This document shows positions 1-7,026 of a stretch of DNA of 64,000 bases, piece by piece; the stretch's first letter is position 1, and the number at the start of each line of letters is the position of its first letter. The position numbers were made by a program, and so were the translations under genes. The notes below the pieces were generated by a model. That model was not told the DNA's origin. It searched no databases and saw nothing but the letters and a program-made list of their open reading frames with translations. Origin of the DNA: a virus (Duplodnaviria > Caudoviricetes); the IMG/VR virus record IMGVR_UViG_3300024331_000231, positions 1-64,000 of that record, one strand, 5' to 3'.

Positions 1-94
1 TAATAGCAAGTTAGGAAAGATTGCGAAATAAAAAAGCCCTCCGGTAGATACCTAGGGCTTGCTTTTAACCTTATAGCGCAAAGCCTAGTTAGAA
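1..94. repeat. 94-bp perfect inverted repeat, copy 1 (copy 2 at 62898-62991); may extend beyond the window start
   Basis: The reverse complement of 1-94 is identical to 62898-62991 (ttctaactagg...cttgctatta); the match breaks at 95/62897. It contains the hairpin aagccct-N-agggctt plus a T-tract. Confidence 0.95.
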
Positions 95-112
95 GCTTTG
101 GCTACTGTATCA

Positions 113-185
113 TTAGTAAAGTTAGTCTTTTTAGAGAAATAAGTTTACACAAGTTAGTTTTTTTAGTTATTCTAGTGAAATAAGC
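113..185 (+). promoter_or_regulatory. Two runs of TTAGT-like direct repeats at 9-bp period, probable repressor operator upstream of the RAMP-like operon
   Basis: TTAGT(113)-aaag-TTAGT(122)-cttt-TTAGA(131)-gaaa-TAAGT(140); TTAGT(154)-tttt-TTAGT(163)-tatt-CTAGT(172)-gaaa-TAAGC(181). It abuts a -7-like TATCTTGT at 186-193. Confidence 0.6.
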
Positions 186-209
186 TATCTTGTTCGAAAA
201 ACAGCACAT

Positions 210-809
210 ATGGCCAAAACATCAGTGTCCGTAGAAGTCGTTGAATTCTCCATCCAACAAGTCATCATCCCCATTAAAGGCATCTCCCCTCTCATTGTTC
301 ACGCCTGGTCGGAAAAATCCAAGAAAATGATCGCCGACAAACAGGCCGGGAAAGCCAAGAACAAAAAGCACGAAATCCGTAACCCTAAGGAAGAATATGA
401 AGCGGCCAAACATATTGCCGTCGCCGGCTGGGAAGGATACCCCGCTGCTGGCTTCAAAGCTGCGATGATCCGGGGAGCCAAAATGATCGGGATGGTCATG
501 AAAGACACCCAGACGGCCTTTTTTATCCACGCCGATTGCGAACAGACGCAACTAGTCAAGATCATCGGCAAAAGCAAAATGCGCGATGACATGGTCCGGG
601 TCGGGATCGGTGCTTCCGATATCCGGTATCGGCCGGAGTATACCGAGTGGTCTGCCAAATTGACCGTCGAATTCAACGCCGGCATCCTTTCGATCGATCA
701 GATCCACCAACTGGTCAAGGCGGCCGGCTACGGCTGCGGAATCGGGGAAATGCGCCCAGAAAAAGGAAAATTCAATTATGGACGTTTTAAATTAGCCAAT
801 GAAAAATAA
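210..809 (+). CDS. RAMP/Cas7-like RNA-binding protein (Vipr-like)
   Basis: RAMP-style motifs in the expected order: N-terminal strand IKGISPLIVH, GYPAAGFKAAMIRG (cf. Cas7/Csm3 IPGSSLKGxxR), DIRYRPEY..W, and C-terminal glycine-rich loop AGYGCGIGEMRPEKG..YGRF. Adjacent to the pentamer array. Confidence 0.75.
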   Translation: MAKTSVSVEVVEFSIQQVIIPIKGISPLIVHAWSEKSKKMIADKQAGKAKNKKHEIRNPKEEYEAAKHIAVAGWEGYPAAGFKAAMIRGAKMIGMVMKDTQTAFFIHADCEQTQLVKIIGKSKMRDDMVRVGIGASDIRYRPEYTEWSAKLTVEFNAGILSIDQIHQLVKAAGYGCGIGEMRPEKGKFNYGRFKLANEK

Positions 810-1377
810 CCTTCAGCTAGCAAAAAATGCCAAATACGAATGGCGCCCGGAATTTAAAACCAGTCTGGCCAAATCCGATATCAAAGTTGCCATTGCCGAA
901 TTAAGAGCACTCGAAGACACGTATGGCGAAATTACCCCATCGCTTTTGGTTGAGCATTCAAAACGGAAAAAATCAATTTTTCACAATTTTTTTGAATGGG
1001 ACAACGAGCGAGCCGCCGACTCTTGGCGGTTCATGCAAGCTCGATATTTATTGGGATCCATCCAGGTCAAAGTGGTTAAAAAGGGCAATCCCGTTCGAAT
1101 GCCGGCCTATCAAATCACCAAGAGAAGCGCCCCGAAAGCCGGCAATACTACCTACACCCGATTCGATACGCTCACGCAAGACAATAAGATGTTCATTCTT
1201 CAGCAGTGTTTAGCAGACCTGGCAAGAGTCAAAAACAAACTTATGGCCAACGATTTTGAGGACGCTATACCATATATTGATAAAGCCATCATAGCACTTC
1301 AAAAAGAATCGGAGATAATTCCCATAGAAAGCTCACTATCACCAAATAAGGTTAAAATAATGTCTACAGGCAAGTAG
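799..1377 (+). CDS. Conserved phage protein partnering the RAMP-like gene (FEWD-x-AA-x-QAR family)
   Basis: Motif ITPSLLVEHS..SIFHNFFEWDNERAADSWRFMQARYLLGSI. Overlaps the upstream gene by 11 nt; its stop codon abuts the array. Confidence 0.75.
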   Translation: MKNNLQLAKNAKYEWRPEFKTSLAKSDIKVAIAELRALEDTYGEITPSLLVEHSKRKKSIFHNFFEWDNERAADSWRFMQARYLLGSIQVKVVKKGNPVRMPAYQITKRSAPKAGNTTYTRFDTLTQDNKMFILQQCLADLARVKNKLMANDFEDAIPYIDKAIIALQKESEIIPIESSLSPNKVKIMSTGK

Positions 1378-1381
1378 ATTT

Positions 1382-2276
1382 GGCAGTTATGATTTGGCAT
1401 GGTCCGGATTGGCCCTCAAAGGCTAGGAATGCTAAGGTTTGGTAAGGCAGAAAAGGTACGGAATGGCATGGACAGGAAACCAAAAGTAGTATGAGACTCG
1501 GTTTGGCAGATAGGGCCCGGAGTGAATAGGACAGGCCATCAAAGGAACGCTAAGGAATGGTTCGGTTAGGAGAGGCAGCTGCGGATGGGTATAGACCGGT
1601 TAGGCTGGGAGTGCCTAGCACTGGAGTGGTGCGGTGCGGTGGGATTTGGCAGCTATGGATTGGATCGGGGGCGCCGGGTTTGGTGCTCAAAGTCGCGCTG
1701 CGGAGAGGCAGCCATGGATTGGTGTGAGTAGGAACGGCTTGGTATGCAAGGACTCGTTTCGGATGGGCAGTAAAGGACCCTAAAGGAACGGAGTGTTCAG
1801 GCTCGTAAAGTTTGGGTAAGGCAGTTTTGGACTGCAAAGGATGGGCGAGATCGGGTTTGGAAGTCTCGGGTAAGGTACGGCAGTAAGGGCAAGGTTTGGC
1901 GGGGTATTGAAAGGTCGGTTTTGATAAGGTGAGGCAGTTGTGGTGGAAAGTGGGAAGGAATGGCAAGGTCAGCTATGGTACGGTTCTCTTTGGCAGCAGG
2001 GGCTGCGTGTGGCCGATTTGGACTGGCAAGCAATGGAAAGGCACATTTAGTTTCGCATGGGTGTTCTGAGGTATGGCAGTTCAGGTAAGCGTTGGACTGG
2101 AAAGGTATGGATAGGTTCTCCGAGGAGCGGCAGTTATGGAACGGTGAGGAATCACTTGACCAGGAATGCTTAGGTATGGTATGGCAATGCAGGGATCGCT
2201 GAGGAGCGGCAGTAATGGCAAGGAAGTCATTGGTGAGGCATGTTTGGGACCGATGTGGTAGGGTATGTTGCGGCAG
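1382..2276 (+). repeat. Pentamer-phased GGH-NN array with 15 GGCAG delimiters; putative guide-RNA (vrRNA-like) array
   Basis: GGCAG at 1382, 1446, 1505, 1574, 1648, 1707, 1766, 1820, 1879, 1933, 1992, 2075, 2129, 2208, 2272. Spacings are 64, 59, 69, 74, 59, 59, 54, 59, 54, 59, 83, 54, 79, 64: all 5n+4 except 83, which is 19+64 via GGCCG at 2011. By hand count 99 of 151 internal pentamers start with GG. Confidence 0.92.
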
Positions 2277-2336
2277 GAGAAGAATTCCCTATCTTCGCTC
2301 CGGCTTTTAATAGGATATTGAATTTAAACACATCCG

Positions 2337-2360
2337 GGCCCCTGTTCTCAGGGGCCTTTT
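2337..2360 (+). terminator. Rho-independent terminator closing the RAMP-partner-array transcript
   Basis: GGCCCCTG-ttct-CAGGGGCC followed by TTTT. Confidence 0.75.
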
Positions 2361-2599
2361 GTCGCCCAAAGCTCCTTAAAGCGAATACCGGCCACCAAAC
2401 AATTCAAAAGCCCCAATATTGTGTTACAACAACCTCTTTGGTAATCGTTTAGATATAAGTGTCCAACCCTCAAAATAAAATGGAATAAGAAGATCAATAA
2501 TTGGAAACCTCCCCATGTTATGGCTATTTTACACCATATTGCCCAGGCTCTTTTCTTTTGTAGCTGTTCCGTAAATTGATCTAGTATATGCTCTTCCAT
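2348..2599 (-). CDS. Small membrane protein, hypothetical
   Basis: 83-aa ORF with two hydrophobic segments, convergent with the array. Confidence 0.55.
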   Translation of the reverse strand: MEEHILDQFTEQLQKKRAWAIWCKIAITWGGFQLLIFLFHFILRVGHLYLNDYQRGCCNTILGLLNCLVAGIRFKELWATKGP

Positions 2600-2694
2600 T
2601 CCGCAAAATTAAAAGACCCAGGTGGAAACCCGGGCCGCAACTTAGAATTTCTATGAAAAAAAATTCTCAAATGTACTGATTTGGACTAAAAAAA

Positions 2695-3294
2695 CTAATT
2701 TATCTTACAAGTAACGCAGGGCGTAATCCCCTCCGCTGACATAAAGAGTTGCTTTCCTGATATGAATAGCGTATCTCCGCTCCAACTGGCTTCATCCGCC
2801 CCGGCTCTTGACCACCCCGCCTTGTGCCTTGCGATCAAGGCATTTGTTGTATGGTTCCACAATGCAAAATGGATATAGAAAGGCTCGTTGGCTGCTACCC
2901 GAATATAATAATTGTAAGCGGCTTGTCCCCCCACCGAGTCTTTGAAACAAAACTTGCGGATGCCCTTCCGCTCGGCATAGGCCAGCAACGAGTCCTCAGG
3001 GCCATAATACCAGTTCGCGTCGACACCGTTTGCCGCTAAATTCGTTGGGGCGAGCAAGGATATATTCATTCCATAGACGATTGCTCTCCACAGCGTATCT
3101 GTATCTCTATAACTGGAGTCTGAAGCGTATAACCGAACCGGCTTCAAAAGCAATTGTTCCTTGCTATACACGTCCGCCGCCGGAAATATCATCCCCGATT
3201 CTTTTGGGTTACGGGATTGGTACCAAAAAAGGAAGACAATCGCGGATACTACTAGCAGCACAAAAAGCAGTGCAAGGGCTTTAAATGGGTTCAT
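2695..3294 (-). CDS. Hypothetical protein with N-terminal membrane anchor
   Basis: Start placed at MNPFKALALLFVLLVVSAIVFLFW within the 222-aa ORF. Confidence 0.6.
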   Translation of the reverse strand: MNPFKALALLFVLLVVSAIVFLFWYQSRNPKESGMIFPAADVYSKEQLLLKPVRLYASDSSYRDTDTLWRAIVYGMNISLLAPTNLAANGVDANWYYGPEDSLLAYAERKGIRKFCFKDSVGGQAAYNYYIRVAANEPFYIHFALWNHTTNALIARHKAGWSRAGADEASWSGDTLFISGKQLFMSAEGITPCVTCKIN

Positions 3295-3497
3295 TTCATT
3301 GACAATCAAATGGTTAATAATAAAAAGGAGAAGAAAAAATCCCCGCTCGAGACGGGGATGCACTAATCAAGTACCATAACCATTAAACCTGAGCACTAAA
3401 TTAGCTAACCAACATATTATCTCCAAATTTTATCTTAGTTATTTTAGTCAAATTAGTGATTTTCTTTCCAGTTTGATAATTATCAATTATTTGCGGT

Positions 3498-3818
3498 TTA
3501 CCCCCCCCCGATAATTTCATTCGTCGCGCCGACCGCAGCGTTAGTAGCCAATAGCCGCTTCAACAGAATCAGTTTGCTTTTCAAGACAATGAAGTCTTCA
3601 CTTTTGGCCTCCTGCGTTCGTTTTAAATCTTCCAACTTTTTCAATATTTTGTCTGACCGTTGCTGTGAGTGTATCGCTGTCGGGGCCAGCATTATTCCCA
3701 TCAATTCGGCATTCATTAACTCAGCAGTTTCTTTTCCCGGGATGGCGTCCAAACCCTTCACCAGCAGGTCAAAATCTTCGGCCGTAAGGCCTACGGAGAG
3801 TATGTCTGTAATATCCAT
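3498..3818 (-). CDS. Hypothetical protein
   Basis: 106-aa ORF in the leftward early operon. Confidence 0.6.
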   Translation of the reverse strand: MDITDILSVGLTAEDFDLLVKGLDAIPGKETAELMNAELMGIMLAPTAIHSQQRSDKILKKLEDLKRTQEAKSEDFIVLKSKLILLKRLLATNAAVGATNEIIGGG

Positions 3819-3824
3819 ATGTTG

Positions 3825-4331
3825 TTATCTGTTTTGAAATTGTAATTGTAGGTAACGGTCACACATTTTCTGGAACGCGCCTTCTTTACCCCATATATCT
3901 GTATCTTCCCACAGCCAAGTTTTTTGGTCACGCATTTCATCCAACCACTTTGCGAACGACTTTTCCCCTTCCGCTTGCTTTATCAATAGCTCATCTCGTT
4001 CGCGCATACAACTGTAAGCAAACTTCACGAAGGATAGACGCGTAGGATTTTCGACGTTGTGACAATGCTTCCAATACATATCGATGGCTCCCGCAGCATA
4101 GGCGTCCTGGTCTCTTTTTTCATGAGAGTAATTATCTTCTGCCTCCCTGAGCCAATGGGTTAAGTCTTCAGGTAACCTCTCCTCTTCTTTAGGCCTACTT
4201 GCCGTGATAGTCTGCCTTCCCTCCTTTGCTACTTCTATGTCGCTGGCGATCCTTTTTGCTAATTCAAACATCACCTCAATGACGTCTCCCATTTTTTTCT
4301 GCTGTTCGGCTGATATGGTTTGTTCTGACAT
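3825..4331 (-). CDS. Hypothetical protein
   Basis: 168-aa ORF downstream of the TTAGT operator at 4363-4377. Confidence 0.65.
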   Translation of the reverse strand: MSEQTISAEQQKKMGDVIEVMFELAKRIASDIEVAKEGRQTITASRPKEEERLPEDLTHWLREAEDNYSHEKRDQDAYAAGAIDMYWKHCHNVENPTRLSFVKFAYSCMRERDELLIKQAEGEKSFAKWLDEMRDQKTWLWEDTDIWGKEGAFQKMCDRYLQLQFQNR

Positions 4332-4409
4332 GAATCCAAGGTATAAAAACTTTGCGGATTTGTTAGTTATTTTAGTTATTATTTCCTATTTTCGTTCAAA
4401 TTCTGATTA

Positions 4410-4778
4410 GTGACCATAGATGAACTCATAGCCGCTATCCGGGTACTGGTGGATGACGGGGTACGTTTGCGCGATATAGAAGAGCAACTCAAAATGCCCC
4501 TCAACTCTCTTAGCGGAATGCTCAACAAAAAAAAAGATTTTCCGCCCAAATGGATACGGAAGCTAACCGCCTATGTTGAAGCAAAGCAAAAGGCCAAAAA
4601 CAGCGCACCAGAACCGCCAAAAGAGCCTGCAGTTGAAACGCTTCCTGCTCCCCCATCCCCGCCCGCGAAAAAAGCTATTCCTGCCAGCAAACAACCTATC
4701 GTCAAAACTCCTCCAGCGGGCATGACCAAAGCCCAAACCATTCGCTTCCACCGGGAAAACAATCAGACACTGCAATAA
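4410..4778 (+). CDS. HTH transcription regulator (Cro/CI-like N-terminus, Pro/Lys-rich tail)
   Basis: VRLRDIEEQLKMPLNSLSGMLNKKK fits an XRE-type HTH. GTG start; divergent from the 4331 operon across an operator. Confidence 0.6.
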   Translation: MTIDELIAAIRVLVDDGVRLRDIEEQLKMPLNSLSGMLNKKKDFPPKWIRKLTAYVEAKQKAKNSAPEPPKEPAVETLPAPPSPPAKKAIPASKQPIVKTPPAGMTKAQTIRFHRENNQTLQ

Positions 4779-4779
4779 G

Positions 4780-5046
4780 CTATAGGACTATATAATTGAT
4801 TAATCGCTTGGCCGGTACAGTTCCTTCAAAAGTGGCACTTTTAATAGCATCCAGAGGCACCAGAAAATTCACGACTAGTAGATTCCGTTCGCCCGGATAA
4901 AGCAGCTGGGCAATGTAGTGGATCCCCTTTCCGGTCACTTTAAGCAGTATCGCGTATTCCTCTTCCTTTCGGAGATATTTTTTGAGTTCTTCTTTGGTGG
5001 GCATTTTAGAATGTTCCGGCTTCAAAAAGATGTTTGCCATGTTCAT
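4780..5046 (-). CDS. Hypothetical protein
   Basis: 88-aa ORF in a compact leftward operon. Confidence 0.5.
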   Translation of the reverse strand: MNMANIFLKPEHSKMPTKEELKKYLRKEEEYAILLKVTGKGIHYIAQLLYPGERNLLVVNFLVPLDAIKSATFEGTVPAKRLINYIVL

Positions 5047-5221
5047 CGTAGACGTGCATTTTCAGCATGATACCACCTTTCTTCTCGGCGACTTTTCGGG
5101 CTTCGGCAAAGGTATCATAATCATCGACCACCCAGTCGGTGCTATCAAATGTGTCCACGCCTACTACCCGAAATTGATCAGGCGGCGCTTTTAGTTCAAC
5201 GGTTGAGGTGGTGGGTTTCAT
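5006..5221 (-). CDS. Hypothetical protein
   Basis: 71-aa ORF overlapping both neighbours. Confidence 0.55.
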   Translation of the reverse strand: MKPTTSTVELKAPPDQFRVVGVDTFDSTDWVVDDYDTFAEARKVAEKKGGIMLKMHVYDEHGKHLFEAGTF

Positions 5222-5465
5222 TTCTCTTTTGAGCTTTTTTTAATAAACGAGCGCGCCGTTTGGCACTTATCTCCGCTAATTGTTGCGGCGTTAACGCTGG
5301 CTGACGTTTGGGCTTCGTGGAAACGAGTCCCGCTTGCTCGATCAGCCTCTTTGCAGTTGTGCATTTGTCCAGTAAAATCGCTGCATAAATTTCCACTTCT
5401 TCCACCGCTTTCAATATCTGCTTTTGCTGCGCAGCAGAAACAGTAATAGCTTCGTCAGTTGGCAT
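5196..5465 (-). CDS. Hypothetical protein
   Basis: 89-aa ORF with basic C-terminus. Confidence 0.55.
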   Translation of the reverse strand: MPTDEAITVSAAQQKQILKAVEEVEIYAAILLDKCTTAKRLIEQAGLVSTKPKRQPALTPQQLAEISAKRRARLLKKAQKRNETHHLNR

Positions 5466-5973
5466 AAACTAGTTTTTCCAGTCGAGTGTAGAAATTAGTC
5501 GCTCTTTCTTCGTCAGTAAGCAAAGGGGCCAAGACGAAAAACCGTTCTTTAATTATTGGCCAATCTTCCATATTTGGCCAACGATCCATCCCGGTGTCAT
5601 CCATAATCGAATGACAGGCGCTAGTTCCATTTTTTCCCGCCCAAAAACGCCGTTCTACCCAGTTAAGCGGGTGGTACTCAATGGATTTGAACAAGTGCTT
5701 CGGAAATATATGCGCTATTGAGTGTCGAAAATAAATGTCGTCTTTTTTTTGCGAAAATTCTCCGCATCCACATTGACAAACACCTACCATTTCCTTGCGC
5801 CGTGCTTTAAACCATTGCTCTTTGATCGTATCCCCGTCGGAAGACCCTAGTTTTTTTTCCGCGTCCTTCCTGGCCTGCGTCTTCGGCGCCACGGCCCGCA
5901 ACGGTTTTGGTTTTTTCTTCTCCTTCGGTATTCGCGCTCTATACATCCTTTCCAAATCTTCCGGGGTGGCCAT
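5455..5973 (-). CDS. HNH-like/Zn-binding nuclease (Ref/NinG-like)
   Basis: CQCGC...AHIFPK...N...CHS pattern; start placed at MATPEDL. Confidence 0.5.
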   Translation of the reverse strand: MATPEDLERMYRARIPKEKKKPKPLRAVAPKTQARKDAEKKLGSSDGDTIKEQWFKARRKEMVGVCQCGCGEFSQKKDDIYFRHSIAHIFPKHLFKSIEYHPLNWVERRFWAGKNGTSACHSIMDDTGMDRWPNMEDWPIIKERFFVLAPLLTDEERATNFYTRLEKLVYAN

Positions 5974-6054
5974 GGGGACTCTTTTGAGCAAAAAAAGACT
6001 AAAATAACTAAAATTCAAAATTATTGGATATTTTTAATTTTCTTAACATCGTTC

Positions 6055-6402
6055 ATGGATTCACCTGCTTTTATATCAACTCACCATCTCGATTTTGAAA
6101 TAGGTCAATGGCCATTTAGCAGCGAGTTTTTGAGGTTTCGGGTAGGAACAGTCTGCGGCCTTTGGCGAGCAACCGCCAAAAGCTATGATATCTTGGCAGT
6201 GGATAACGTAGAAAAGGGCAATGGGCATTTTGACGACTTGCTGGAGTGGTTCGAGTATTCCTGCCGGAGAGACGGAAAATATTTACGTATTTTGGAAATA
6301 TGGAATAAGGAATTACAAAAGCATTTGATCACTAAACGAGGATTTCAAGCAGACGGCTTAAATTGTAATAAGCATTTTTTACCAGAAAAATCTATAGTAT
6401 GA
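6055..6402 (+). CDS. Hypothetical protein, possible GNAT fold
   Basis: VDNVEKGNGHF..LLEW and C-terminal KRGF resemble GNAT motifs A/B. Confidence 0.45.
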   Translation: MDSPAFISTHHLDFEIGQWPFSSEFLRFRVGTVCGLWRATAKSYDILAVDNVEKGNGHFDDLLEWFEYSCRRDGKYLRILEIWNKELQKHLITKRGFQADGLNCNKHFLPEKSIV

Positions 6403-6653
6403 ATGATACCGCTGCCGACTTAGCCGTTGTAGACAAGTACATCGACGAGATCACAGTCTTTATTAATTCGATCATCTGCGAAGAAAAACAGTCTATTTTA
6501 ATTGCCTGCAAGGTATTTTTAGCCCACAAAGAAAAGAACAATACCAAACCGTTCAAAGACGAGGGACGGCGGAAAATGTGGCTATATCTTAAGGCGCGTA
6601 ATTTAGCCAGGGATTACATGCATAAACAAGCCCTTGCAAATGTCCAGGCGTAA
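6399..6653 (+). CDS. Hypothetical protein
   Basis: 84-aa ORF with ATGA overlap to the upstream gene. Confidence 0.55.
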   Translation: MNDTAADLAVVDKYIDEITVFINSIICEEKQSILIACKVFLAHKEKNNTKPFKDEGRRKMWLYLKARNLARDYMHKQALANVQA

Positions 6654-6828
6654 AGACTATTCCAAGACCTCTCATATGATATGGAACCTGGACACAGGCA
6701 ATATGGAGTGTCTGAATTGTGGCTCAAAACAAGCCGTCGCCTACCCGATTGGCCTTTCTATCTTCGTGGCCATGATAAAAGCATTTGAAAAAATTCATCG
6801 TCATTGTACCAAGCCGAAAATTTCATAG
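6634..6828 (+). CDS. Small Zn-finger protein
   Basis: CLNC ... HRHC. Confidence 0.5.
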   Translation: MQMSRRKDYSKTSHMIWNLDTGNMECLNCGSKQAVAYPIGLSIFVAMIKAFEKIHRHCTKPKIS

Positions 6829-6837
6829 CATTTAATT

Positions 6838-7026
6838 ATGGACAACGAAGACCTCTTTCTGAAATGGTTAACCAAGCAAATTGAAATCGCCACCACTTGG
6901 GATAATGCCGTAAAACCACATGAACTATCGGTTGAGGCAGATCGTTTTAGAATTCGTCGGGACACTTTTATTCAAATCAAAGAAAAATATTGCGAACTTT
7001 CCTCAAAAAAAGAAGATGGCCTTTAA
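6838..7026 (+). CDS. Hypothetical protein
   Basis: 62-aa ORF in operon. Confidence 0.5.
   Translation: MDNEDLFLKWLTKQIEIATTWDNAVKPHELSVEADRFRIRRDTFIQIKEKYCELSSKKEDGL

Noticed and set aside
1550-2033. Minus-strand ORFs of 138 and 78 aa over the array
   Set aside because: Pro/His/Thr-rich translations expected from antisense CC-pentamers. The 5n+4 period is incompatible with codon-level selection, and there is no plausible start context.
1382-2276. Conventional CRISPR array
   Set aside because: No identical 25-45 bp repeats separated by unique spacers and no cas1/cas2; the only invariant element is the 5-nt GGCAG.
1382-2276. Simple microsatellite or G-quadruplex tract
   Set aside because: Positions 4-5 are fully variable, no unit is repeated and phase resets by rule at each GGCAG. 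GG runs could fold a two-tier G4, but that does not explain the delimiter grammar or the link to a RAMP-like gene.
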